Shown here: positions 37,674-46,252 of the stretch, one piece after another
Layout of the letters: each line of letters opens with the position of its first letter
How positions within the stretch are numbered: position 1 is the first letter of the stretch
Source: a virus
Taxonomy: Duplodnaviria; Caudoviricetes
Reading direction: 5' to 3' (one strand)
IMG/VR virus record: IMGVR_UViG_3300032332_000934
Coordinates: 1 to 64,000 of that record
Length of the DNA stretch: 64,000 nucleotides
Made by a program: the position numbers and the translations under genes
The notes under the pieces: model-generated
Database searches by the model: none
What the model was told of the DNA's origin: nothing
The model's input: only the letters and a program-made list of their open reading frames with translations

Positions 37674-37904
37674 TTACTTGATCTTCCTAAACCAGCGATT
37701 ATTCCAAATTCTTTCAAATATAAAGTATCCAACAATTTCCCAAGCAACGTATAATAAAAAACCTACAGTTATGGGCTCCAGGTATTCGTTTTCCCATTTA
37801 CCAGTAATAACATATATTAAATATGAGAATAGCAGGCTAGCAACGCCTACATGAAATGCAGTATAGCTTATTGCCTTAATAGAGCTTCTCTTTTTAGATT
37901 CCAT
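37674..37904 (-). CDS. DUF2061-like membrane protein
   Basis: ESKKRS.IKAISY...YFIFERIWN; paralog of 49586..49789. Confidence 0.65.
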   Translation of the reverse strand: MESKKRSSIKAISYTAFHVGVASLLFSYLIYVITGKWENEYLEPITVGFLLYVAWEIVGYFIFERIWNNRWFRKIK

Positions 37905-38167
37905 TATAGGACTGCAGATCCTTTTCCTCCGCCTGAAGACTTCTTGACTGGTGCTTTCTTGGCTGGTGCCTTCTTGACTGGTGCCTTCTTGGCTGGTGCT
38001 TTCTTGGCTGGTGCTTTCTTGGCTGGTGCCTTCTTGACTGGTGCCTTCTTGGCTGGTGCCTTCTTGGCAGCTTTCTTAATAACAATAGTGTCCATTTTTT
38101 CAAACACAACTTCTTTTGGTGTGACACGAAGCCAACCAAGAATATTTATTTTTAATTTAGTTAACAT
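37904..38167 (-). CDS. Histone H1-like KKAP(A/V) repeat DNA-binding protein
   Basis: 15-bp tandem repeats encoding KKAPA/KKAPV, like the HupB C-terminal tail. Confidence 0.75.
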   Translation of the reverse strand: MLTKLKINILGWLRVTPKEVVFEKMDTIVIKKAAKKAPAKKAPVKKAPAKKAPAKKAPAKKAPVKKAPAKKAPVKKSSGGGKGSAVL

Positions 38168-38340
38168 GATTCCTCTTTTTCTTTTAATTTTCTAAGTACG
38201 AGAGCTAAAACGTCTTTAGGTCTCCAGTGTGGCGGAAATTCTAAATTTTCTATTTCATTAATTAATTCGGTTAAAATTTTTTTTTGAACTACGTGAAAGT
38301 GATCCCATTCCATAATATCTATTCTATCATAATAGTAATA

Positions 38341-38368
38341 GTGGGGCAGGCACGTGCACCTGCCCCAC
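38341..38368. terminator. Perfect GC-rich hairpin
   Basis: GTGGGGCAGG...CCTGCCCCAC downstream of 38379..39539. Confidence 0.7.
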
Positions 38369-38378
38369 CTCTAAATAA

Positions 38379-39539
38379 TTACTTAACGTAAGTAACCTTA
38401 GCCTTTGGATTCTTTACATTCCACTTCTTTGCAAGTGCGTTGAAAGCATCCTTAATTGACTTAAGTGCTGTAGCATTATCTGCTGTTAACTTAGCAATAG
38501 TTGCATCCTTATCAAGGACAACCTTATCATTTGCAGCCTTTACATCAGCAGCAGCTTTATCAGCAGCAACCTTTGCATCTGCAAGTGCCTTTGCTGAAGC
38601 AGCCTTCTCTGCTGCAAGAGCAGCATCTGAAGCATTCTTAGCAGCAACAGCATCTGAAGCAGCCTTTACCACTGCAGCATCTGAAACTGCCTTAGCAGCA
38701 TTTGCTGCATCTGTTGCAGCCTTAGCAGCAGCAAGTTCTGAGATTAGATCACGAACTGCAATTTCTGCAAACGGTGCAAGTGCACGAGCAGGAAGTCCAA
38801 CTACATCTGCAGATGTAGCATCTGATGATGTTGTAGGTGCAAATGTTATTAATGATCGTGATCCAGTTGCTGGAAGTGTTGCAACAAACTTTGCAACTCC
38901 AAAATCTGAAAGTGTAGCACCAGTTGTTGCTGTTGCTGTATCTAGTGTTGCTGTTGCAGCAAAGACTGTTGCAGTAATTGACTTACCAGATACTTTGTTA
39001 CCAAATGTGTCTGTTGCAGTTACTGTAATATCTTGCTTTGTTCCAGCAGCTCCTGCAGCTGGTGCAGATACTGTTAGAGTGTTAATCTTGCCAGCTGTTC
39101 CCTGTACGTAATACGTAAGTGTTGTTCCGCCATTTGTGATTACAACTGTACCAATTGCTGTTGTCTTTGTGTAGACATAGAATGTTGCTGTTGTTCCTGT
39201 ACCAGTTGCAATTGTCAAGGATGATGATCCTGATGTTGCTCCTACTGGTGCAGCAGTTGTGTGTAGTGCAGACACGATTGTTGCGTTTGTTGCTACGACT
39301 GAAACACTTGTTCCAACATCAACTGTTGCAATAAACTTTAGTGCGTCAGCTGCATCAACTGAGTTGTCTGCAGGTACTGGCAATGATGCAGGTGTTGCGA
39401 TTGCTGAATTTGTAGTATTTGCTACAGTGTCAAGCGATACAGCGACTGTCATTACAGCAGCACTTGCAGGTGTTGCTACCATTGTGCCCAAAGTCATGGC
39501 TGCAACCATGGCTAGTGCGATTTTCTTAAATGAGTTCAT
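38379..39539 (-). CDS. Secreted Ala/Thr-rich surface protein (Ig-like plus coiled coil)
   Basis: Sec signal ending PASA, DTFGN Ig-like motif, AK-rich coiled coil and basic C-terminus. Confidence 0.7.
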   Translation of the reverse strand: MNSFKKIALAMVAAMTLGTMVATPASAAVMTVAVSLDTVANTTNSAIATPASLPVPADNSVDAADALKFIATVDVGTSVSVVATNATIVSALHTTAAPVGATSGSSSLTIATGTGTTATFYVYTKTTAIGTVVITNGGTTLTYYVQGTAGKINTLTVSAPAAGAAGTKQDITVTATDTFGNKVSGKSITATVFAATATLDTATATTGATLSDFGVAKFVATLPATGSRSLITFAPTTSSDATSADVVGLPARALAPFAEIAVRDLISELAAAKAATDAANAAKAVSDAAVVKAASDAVAAKNASDAALAAEKAASAKALADAKVAADKAAADVKAANDKVVLDKDATIAKLTADNATALKSIKDAFNALAKKWNVKNPKAKVTYVK

Positions 39540-39588
39540 TTAATTTATTCTCCTTATTTCCTCTGCCTCTATTATTGAGTGCAGAAAT

Positions 39589-39774
39589 TTAGTTTAGTAT
39601 ATTTACTTTTACATGGAAAGAACACGGATCTCCGCCTTCTTCCCATTCTTGCATTTCTTCATCGCTTAATGGAGGGCCTTCATGTGTATCGCAAAATACA
39701 TCTGAAACCCAACCCTTACGATATCCAAATTTAATCCAGAAATTAAATAATTTCATTTTCATTCTGAGATCCAT
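39589..39774 (-). CDS. Hypothetical protein (CDTHEG...GGDPC)
   Basis: ORF track. Confidence 0.6.
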   Translation of the reverse strand: MDLRMKMKLFNFWIKFGYRKGWVSDVFCDTHEGPPLSDEEMQEWEEGGDPCSFHVKVNILN

Positions 39775-40067
39775 TCTGAAAGTTCCTCTAGCAAAATATG
39801 CTTAGGCTTTGCACCAGCAATAGATTTAACTGGTTTCCCAGATCTAAATAGTACCATGTATGGGATTGAGGTTATTGAGTATTCTGCTGATTTGATAGGA
39901 TTCTCATCAACATTTAACTTTCCAACCCATAATCCACGCTCTGAAGATATCTCATCTAGTATTGGAGATACCTTTTTACATGGGCCGCACCAAGGTGCCC
40001 AAAAATCGATAAGTATAGTTTTATGACTAGATACTACGCTATCAAAATTCTCATCAGTTACTATCAT
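39759..40067 (-). CDS. trxA: Thioredoxin
   Basis: DFWAPWCGPCK. Confidence 0.93.
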   Translation of the reverse strand: MIVTDENFDSVVSSHKTILIDFWAPWCGPCKKVSPILDEISSERGLWVGKLNVDENPIKSAEYSITSIPYMVLFRSGKPVKSIAGAKPKHILLEELSEWISE

Positions 40068-40079
40068 ATGAGTATAATA

Positions 40080-40307
40080 CTAAATTTCAGAGCCTTTGTC
40101 AACAGATTTTAGGTTTTCTGCTTCTGCATTAAATTTATCCATAAACTTTTGTACCACAAAGAATGTGGTCTCAGAGGCATTTTTTGCCATTGCTTTAGAA
40201 GATTCTTCTGTTCTCTGTTCGGCTGGAACTGAGTTGTACCACAACTGGTATAGCTCAGTTGCAACATCTTCAACTATTGCTTGCATTACGGTTACATTGT
40301 TATCCAT
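40080..40307 (-). CDS. Hypothetical protein
   Basis: ORF track. Confidence 0.65.
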   Translation of the reverse strand: MDNNVTVMQAIVEDVATELYQLWYNSVPAEQRTEESSKAMAKNASETTFFVVQKFMDKFNAEAENLKSVDKGSEI

Positions 40308-41274
40308 TGATAGCCTTTCTTAAATCAAATAAATAAACCTTTTGTTTTGCTGAATTAACCACTATATCAGAAGATGATTTCATCAATGTAATTATTTGTG
40401 CAGAAGAAAGGTTTGGCTTTGCAGCCTTTAAAGCCACATATTTTGCAGCAATAACTTGAGTTGAAACAGAAGTTCCAAGCGAAATTCCATTTGTATTACC
40501 AGGGTAAATAGACTTACTATTCCATTCTCCCCAGATATCAACAAGATTTTTATCATAATTACTTTGTATATTAAACTTTGGCTTACTTAATTTTCCTATT
40601 TCATCATTAACAGAAACTCCACCAACTGCAATAGACTGGGCTATGCACGATGGCCATTCAATTTTGTTTTTCATTCTAGGATCTGCACCACTGTTTCCAG
40701 ATGGAAAGAATACTGGAATACCAGAGTTGCTCAAATCAGTAACCACTTTATCTAAAGGTGTTACTACACAATAGCTTGAGTTTGATGGCTTATTGATAAC
40801 AGGCCCAGTCGCTCCCTGCGATGCAGATACCGCAACTATGTTATATTTTTCTCTATTAACGCTAACCCAATTTAATGCATTTACTAAAGTGCTAATACCA
40901 GTTCTTTCTCTTTCCCCTGATGATGTATTCCCAAAGATTCTAACAAAAACTATATTTAGATCTGGGTTGCTTTGCAATGCTATTGAAGCCATTTGAGTAC
41001 CATGGCTAAAGTTTATATTAGAAAGAATATTCATTGGAAGAGTGGTAGATCCTTCGCCTTCCATAAAAGAACTACCATTAGGGCAAGATGGCCAATCAAG
41101 TATACAAACTTCTCCAGCCAACCGTGATTTAATTAAAGGTATTGATGTATCTAAAGCAGTATCCAATATGGCTAAAGTTGGAACTAGAGATCTTGTATTC
41201 AGGTTTGCCTGAGCAGGAGTTGCCATAATTGAAATTGAAACGTAAATAATACTAACTGCAATTAGTTTTTTCAT
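40300..41274 (-). CDS. Secreted subtilisin-like (S8) protease
   Basis: AILDTA, HGTQMA, SGN and GTSVST catalytic motifs; signal peptide from ATG at 41274. Confidence 0.85.
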   Translation of the reverse strand: MKKLIAVSIIYVSISIMATPAQANLNTRSLVPTLAILDTALDTSIPLIKSRLAGEVCILDWPSCPNGSSFMEGEGSTTLPMNILSNINFSHGTQMASIALQSNPDLNIVFVRIFGNTSSGERERTGISTLVNALNWVSVNREKYNIVAVSASQGATGPVINKPSNSSYCVVTPLDKVVTDLSNSGIPVFFPSGNSGADPRMKNKIEWPSCIAQSIAVGGVSVNDEIGKLSKPKFNIQSNYDKNLVDIWGEWNSKSIYPGNTNGISLGTSVSTQVIAAKYVALKAAKPNLSSAQIITLMKSSSDIVVNSAKQKVYLFDLRKAING

Positions 41275-41488
41275 AAGACTAATCTTACTAAATACAGTGC
41301 TGTTTGTCAATAGTTTTAGTTTTGTGTTGGGTTCTTGCGTGGATACCATTTACCAGAATCCATATTTTTAAGCTCAGCTGCCTGAGTTTGTGTGTTAATA
41401 ATATTACTCATGATTTCGTGCATTATATCTAATTCAATTCTAAGCTTATATAGTTCAAGCTCTAACAAATCTATTCTTCTTTGTGATC

Positions 41489-41701
41489 TCATTCTTCTTC
41501 TTCTCTATCAAGTGGCGTTGGTGCAGTTGCCAGTGTGCCACAATTAGCACACTCCATATCTAAAAAATAAGTTGCAATTTCGCAATTATCAAAAATAACT
41601 TTAAGGTTCCATATTTCACAACCACATGGGCATACATGTGTTGGTACACCTCTTACGTCCATTGACTGAGAGTAATCTGGTCTTAAGTCGTTGATGTCCA
41701 T
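41489..41701 (-). CDS. Zn-ribbon protein (CPCG...CANCG)
   Basis: ORF track; leaderless. Confidence 0.7.
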   Translation of the reverse strand: MDINDLRPDYSQSMDVRGVPTHVCPCGCEIWNLKVIFDNCEIATYFLDMECANCGTLATAPTPLDREEEE

Positions 41702-41715
41702 TCTCTAAGTATACA

Positions 41716-42273
41716 CTAAACTTGAATGTATGTATAGGGGGCTGCTACGCTCATATTAAACTCAGTTGCTGCTTCTAAGGCTGCCTTTAATCTAAGCTTG
41801 GGGTTTTGTTGTTTTTTTGTTGCGTGAAGGGCTCCAAGCGCTATCTGTCCGCCGCTTCCTTCCGCCATGTAGTTAACTATATTTTCTCCAACATGAAAGT
41901 CTTCATCTATGGTAAATAATCTGCCACAAACTCCAACTATAAAAATTCCACCAGTGTCTTCTTCTGATGCTGAACCAATACTTCCGTAGCCATGATCTTT
42001 AAATGCAGCCTTAACAGAATCAACAAACTTAGTTCGCATAAACTTGTCTAAACCTGAATTGGTTTTAGTTGGTGTATATTTTGGAGGAGTCCACATGTAC
42101 TGAAGGATTTGTCCCATACGAAATGAATCTGTAAAAGCAATTCCGTACTGACCATTTTTAAAAACTTTAGGTTCTTTTCTTGACAAGATCCATCCAGTTT
42201 TATCATCTGAGGCGGCGTGGTCGGAGCCCATATACACAACACCATTTTGGGCAATAGCAACAATACAAGTCAT
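41716..42273 (-). CDS. HslV / proteasome-beta-like Ntn protease
   Basis: MTCIVA (N-terminal Thr), D...K, GSGG.IALGAL. Confidence 0.8.
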   Translation of the reverse strand: MTCIVAIAQNGVVYMGSDHAASDDKTGWILSRKEPKVFKNGQYGIAFTDSFRMGQILQYMWTPPKYTPTKTNSGLDKFMRTKFVDSVKAAFKDHGYGSIGSASEEDTGGIFIVGVCGRLFTIDEDFHVGENIVNYMAEGSGGQIALGALHATKKQQNPKLRLKAALEAATEFNMSVAAPYTYIQV

Positions 42274-42294
42274 ACCTTCATTGTACTATTTTAA

Positions 42295-42609
42295 TTATTC
42301 TGTGTCCAGCATCTCATGATACTCTAAGTGATTTAATTGGCTGATTACATTATCTAATTCAGATTTCATTTCAATTAAATCCTGGATGGCTTTATAATAT
42401 TTATCTTTCCATTCAGTTAATTCTTTTTCTAACTGGTATAACTCTATTTTAAGGTCTTTTATATCTAATCTAAGCTGGTCTTTTTCTTTCTCTTCCCGCC
42501 TATTTCTTTCCCTTTTGGCGTCTCTAACTCCAGCAACTATTGCAGTTCCAAAACCGCTAAGGGTAGCTGCCAATATTGATATTAATATTGTTATATATGA
42601 TATTTCCAT
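42295..42609 (-). CDS. Membrane-anchored coiled-coil protein
   Basis: N-terminal TM helix and heptad repeats. Confidence 0.65.
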   Translation of the reverse strand: MEISYITILISILAATLSGFGTAIVAGVRDAKRERNRREEKEKDQLRLDIKDLKIELYQLEKELTEWKDKYYKAIQDLIEMKSELDNVISQLNHLEYHEMLDTE

Positions 42610-42638
42610 TATATATCATATTATACCTTATAATCAGT

Positions 42639-42878
42639 TTAAACTAATAGCTCTGAAGCTGTTATTTCTGTTCCAACATACTTTCTTTTTTGAATAAAAT
42701 CTTTAACATGTTCATGCCCATTTTGCCTTCCAGCAATTAAAATAACCCATCTAGGCTCAAATTTTTCATCTATGCATGTTTGGCATAAGAATAAATTTAT
42801 ATTCAAAAGAGATGATTTTTTTAAATTTAACTTATTTTTTGTTTTGTTGCATGAGTAGCAAAATATTTTTTCGTTCAT
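42639..42878 (-). CDS. Zn-finger hypothetical protein
   Basis: CYSC...CQTC..EPRW. Confidence 0.65.
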   Translation of the reverse strand: MNEKIFCYSCNKTKNKLNLKKSSLLNINLFLCQTCIDEKFEPRWVILIAGRQNGHEHVKDFIQKRKYVGTEITASELLV

Positions 42879-43387
42879 TCAAAAACCTCTTCACATTCAG
42901 TTTCTTTAAAGAAACGACTAACATCAAATCTGATGTTGTCTCTTGAAAATAGACCAGCAAAATCTTTAACAATCTGCTGGTATTTATCATACTCCATTGT
43001 ATCCTTATATTTTAGCATAATCTTTGCAGCTTGGATATAGTCTTCTTTAAGAAAAGTACAGTCTCCGCTAGATCCTCCAATATGAACTCTTCTTAATACC
43101 TTTTCTGAGATAAATCCACCTGGTTGGTATAAGCGAACGGTAAGGTAGTCCTTTGCAAATCCCCAATCTGTGTATGAGTTATAAACGCTTACAGCGTCAA
43201 CCGCATTGTTAAACTCACGGATCGATCTAACTGGCTGTTCCCCGTCTCTTGCAATTGTCAACATGTACTTATCAAACTGGTTTTTACTAGCCTCTACAAA
43301 TTCATCTACAACTTGAAAATGTGTTTTATTAAGCTGCTGCTCGCTGGCCGTCCGATAATCCTCTAGATATTGTTTTTGGTTACCCAT
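42875..43387 (-). CDS. Fusion of a TDWGFA domain and a DNxRFD domain
   Basis: Homologous to 17291..17497 and 17661..17852. Confidence 0.75.
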   Translation of the reverse strand: MGNQKQYLEDYRTASEQQLNKTHFQVVDEFVEASKNQFDKYMLTIARDGEQPVRSIREFNNAVDAVSVYNSYTDWGFAKDYLTVRLYQPGGFISEKVLRRVHIGGSSGDCTFLKEDYIQAAKIMLKYKDTMEYDKYQQIVKDFAGLFSRDNIRFDVSRFFKETECEEVFE

Positions 43388-43685
43388 ATGGTTTTCCTTC
43401 TAACTCGACTCTAACTCCGTAAGATTCAAGAAGCTTCTTTGCCCTTGAAACATAATCAATAACTTTTTCTTTTTCAATTCCATCAAATTGTATAAAGTTA
43501 TCTTCATACAATCTTAATGCTAAAAACTCTGGGTACTGAACAACATCCATAAGTAGGAACATTGGCTTATTCAGCTCTCTTAGTTTATTTTTCATCTCTA
43601 AGTTATAAAAAACTGGTTTGTTTGGCTCACCAGTCCACTGATTCATTCCATATTTAAAATGCTTGTCATCATAAACATTAGACAT
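43380..43685 (-). CDS. Hypothetical protein
   Basis: ORF track, start trimmed. Confidence 0.65.
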   Translation of the reverse strand: MSNVYDDKHFKYGMNQWTGEPNKPVFYNLEMKNKLRELNKPMFLLMDVVQYPEFLALRLYEDNFIQFDGIEKEKVIDYVSRAKKLLESYGVRVELEGKPYG

Positions 43686-43989
43686 TTTGTTTTGCTCTAA
43701 TCTGTTTCCATATGTCTTTTGTCTTATGAACATTTTTCATTTTATCAATTAATCCTGAAGATAAATATACTCCGCCCCAAACACCATATTCATTATTTTC
43801 AATCCCAGATTGGTGGCATATCTTCATAACTGGGCAAGACAGGCAGCATTGATCTATAGCCTTGGCCATATTTATATCAGATTCATATTTGTCAAAAAAT
43901 AGATTGGTGTCCATTCCGCTACATGCAGCAAGGTGCCACCATCTAATTGACTGTTCATCTGAATCTAATTCATTTAAAATATTTGACAT
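43678..43989 (-). CDS. whiB: WhiB-family Fe-S transcription factor
   Basis: W..AAC.G.D...FF...C.SCPV...C......E.GVWGG. Confidence 0.9.
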   Translation of the reverse strand: MSNILNELDSDEQSIRWWHLAACSGMDTNLFFDKYESDINMAKAIDQCCLSCPVMKICHQSGIENNEYGVWGGVYLSSGLIDKMKNVHKTKDIWKQIRAKQNV

Positions 43990-44203
43990 ACTTTGTTGGC
44001 AATACCCAAACTCCATCTTTATTAACAGCAAATTTGCTACTAATGCCCCAATTATTTTTTCTATATTCTCCGTTTACATTAAAAAACCCAGAAGAATTTT
44101 TTTTCCATAGGATAACGTCATAGTTATTCCATCTAATCTCTAAACTATTTGAATTTGCTCTTTTCTTTAAAAGCTCAACACCTGATTCATAAAGACATAT
44201 CAC
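43970..44203 (-). CDS. Hypothetical protein
   Basis: ORF track. Confidence 0.6.
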   Translation of the reverse strand: MICLYESGVELLKKRANSNSLEIRWNNYDVILWKKNSSGFFNVNGEYRKNNWGISSKFAVNKDGVWVLPTKYVKYFK

Positions 44204-44895
44204 TGTATGGCTCCTCCAGAATTTATATGCCTTAAATGTATCTTATCTACAGTTAAGTACTTAGGTGATTCTGATATAAATTTAATTACATCAAAGATAT
44301 CTTCTGGCGTCATAGAGCAATCTTCCATATCTTCTTTTCTAAAGCTATTTACTGTAGAAATTATTAAATCTGTACTTCTTATAGGATAGATGTCTTTAAC
44401 TAAAAAGTCAAGCATTTTACTCTCTGAATTTTTTGCCAGATGGTATGGCAATCCAACATTATTTGTGTTTATTTGTCCTGCTACTGATGACAATGTAAAT
44501 ATTATAGGGTTTTCTTGCTTATTCATTTTTGTCATAATTGATTTTATTACTTCAAAGGTTCCAAATACATTTAAATTAAATGCCTCATTAAATTCTTTTG
44601 TTGTATATTCTTTTAGTCCGCCGTCTTTAGGTCCAGTCATGTCACCACCTGCAGAATTTACTAATATATCCACCTGGGTATCCCCTATAACACTTAATAG
44701 ATTTTTTATGCTATCTTCTAATGTAATATCTAATACAACTGGTATTATATTTTCCCCACCAGGACGTCTAGTTAAATCGTCTAGGTATGGCATTCTTCTA
44801 GAGCAAGCAAATACCTTGTATCCAAGACTTGAGAATCCTAATGCTACAGCTTTTCCAATTCCAAAGCTTGCGCCTGTTACAACAACAACTTTAAT
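44200..44895 (-). CDS. Short-chain dehydrogenase/reductase (SDR), probable ATT start
   Basis: In-frame VVVVTGASFGIG lies upstream of the track ATG; LVNSAG and YHLAK motifs; in-frame TAA at 44899-44901. Confidence 0.8.
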   Translation of the reverse strand: MKVVVVTGASFGIGKAVALGFSSLGYKVFACSRRMPYLDDLTRRPGGENIIPVVLDITLEDSIKNLLSVIGDTQVDILVNSAGGDMTGPKDGGLKEYTTKEFNEAFNLNVFGTFEVIKSIMTKMNKQENPIIFTLSSVAGQINTNNVGLPYHLAKNSESKMLDFLVKDIYPIRSTDLIISTVNSFRKEDMEDCSMTPEDIFDVIKFISESPKYLTVDKIHLRHINSGGAIQ

Positions 44896-44903
44896 TTTTT
44901 AGC

Positions 44904-45050
44904 CTAACTCTTTTGTTTTACAGTCAATATCTTGACAGATTTGACTTCGTCATCAACACCAAATATGTCTGATACATATTCCTTTGCATCCTCTTCATCA
45001 AAAGCTTCAACCTCTACTGAGATTTCTAACTTGATAGAGTATTTTTTCAT
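44904..45050 (-). CDS. Small protein (VEAFDEEDA motif)
   Basis: Manual translation, 48 aa. Confidence 0.6.
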   Translation of the reverse strand: MKKYSIKLEISVEVEAFDEEDAKEYVSDIFGVDDEVKSVKILTVKQKS

Positions 45051-45656
45051 TTATTTAACTGACAATGTCTTTCCGCCACCAGAAGATTTTTTTGTAGTAG
45101 TTTTAATTTCTTTTGTGGCTGTTTTATTTAACAATACTGCATTTTCTTCACCAGCATAAATTGGACGTCCCCAACCAACTACAGCATTAACTAACTTCTT
45201 TTTATTGTTTTTTACATAGCCACGTGTTTTTTCGACGCACATTCCTCCGTTACGCTGATCTCCCTTTGCTGTTCCTGAAGTGTTTCCTTCAATAACTTGA
45301 ATTGTTCCGTCCCCATTGTTCTTAATGCAAAGGCCAACATGTGAGATACGATTTACGCCATCTTCTGGAAAATCAAAAAAGATCCAGTCTCCAGCAGTTG
45401 GATCATCATTACGGGCATCTGACCAACGTCCTTCCTTCTTAAATTGATCTGATGCTGCTACGGTTGAAGCGCTCTTAGGAAACTTTGAAACGCCTGCAGT
45501 AAATGCACACCAAGAAACGAACGACTGACACCATGGTTGAAAGTTAGCCTTCATCCATGCGCCGTACTTTGTTTCATTATCTTTAGGGCCTTCAATTGTG
45601 CCCACTTCCTTTTTTGCAACCTCAATGATTGCTTCTAAAGATCCTTTTGCTGCCAT
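45051..45656 (-). CDS. CHAP-domain endolysin / amidase
   Basis: PWCQSFVSW and SHVG...IEGNT. Confidence 0.85.
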   Translation of the reverse strand: MAAKGSLEAIIEVAKKEVGTIEGPKDNETKYGAWMKANFQPWCQSFVSWCAFTAGVSKFPKSASTVAASDQFKKEGRWSDARNDDPTAGDWIFFDFPEDGVNRISHVGLCIKNNGDGTIQVIEGNTSGTAKGDQRNGGMCVEKTRGYVKNNKKKLVNAVVGWGRPIYAGEENAVLLNKTATKEIKTTTKKSSGGGKTLSVK

Positions 45657-45728
45657 GATATTCTCCTAATCAATTAAAGACATTGTGTCATAAGAATAGT
45701 ATACCATTTTTATTATTTTTTATCAGAT

Positions 45729-46022
45729 CTAGGCTTTATTAGATTTTTTGTCTACTGCTAAAAATGCAGCATTTATCTCTGCTACGGTAAGTTTTCCATC
45801 ATCCAGGAAACCCCTTGCAAGCCTTTCAATTACGGTTGCAACTCCAAGGGTACCTGCTAATACAACTGCCTTATAGGTTTCAATCCCTACAATTGCTCCT
45901 GCTCCAATTACTGATAACCCAGATGCTGCAAACACTGCAACTATTCTCATTACAATATTATTAATATTTGCAATTGCTCCTGACCCTACCTGCTTTGGTT
46001 CTTCTATATACGCTTTAGCCAT
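45729..46022 (-). CDS. Holin-like membrane protein
   Basis: Two TM segments, DDGKLT.AEIN motif; next to the endolysin. Confidence 0.6.
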   Translation of the reverse strand: MAKAYIEEPKQVGSGAIANINNIVMRIVAVFAASGLSVIGAGAIVGIETYKAVVLAGTLGVATVIERLARGFLDDGKLTVAEINAAFLAVDKKSNKA

Positions 46023-46252
46023 TATTTATCCTCTTTTCTTAGTGGTATTGTAATTAACCACACTATTGTTACTGCTAATACTGCAATGCCAACAATATCT
46101 CTTGCTGATCCCGTCAAAGTTAGCCATGCTATAAAGAAGCCAAGGAGGGTGAATGCTTGTGCAATTAATTCCATTCCTGCGTCTTTAAACCATTTGATTA
46201 ATCCTTTAAGCATTTTTCCTATAAGATTGATGGCTTTTTTGATTATTTTCAT
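46022..46252 (-). CDS. Two-TM membrane protein
   Basis: Hydropathy; coupled to neighbours. Confidence 0.65.
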   Translation of the reverse strand: MKIIKKAINLIGKMLKGLIKWFKDAGMELIAQAFTLLGFFIAWLTLTGSARDIVGIAVLAVTIVWLITIPLRKEDK

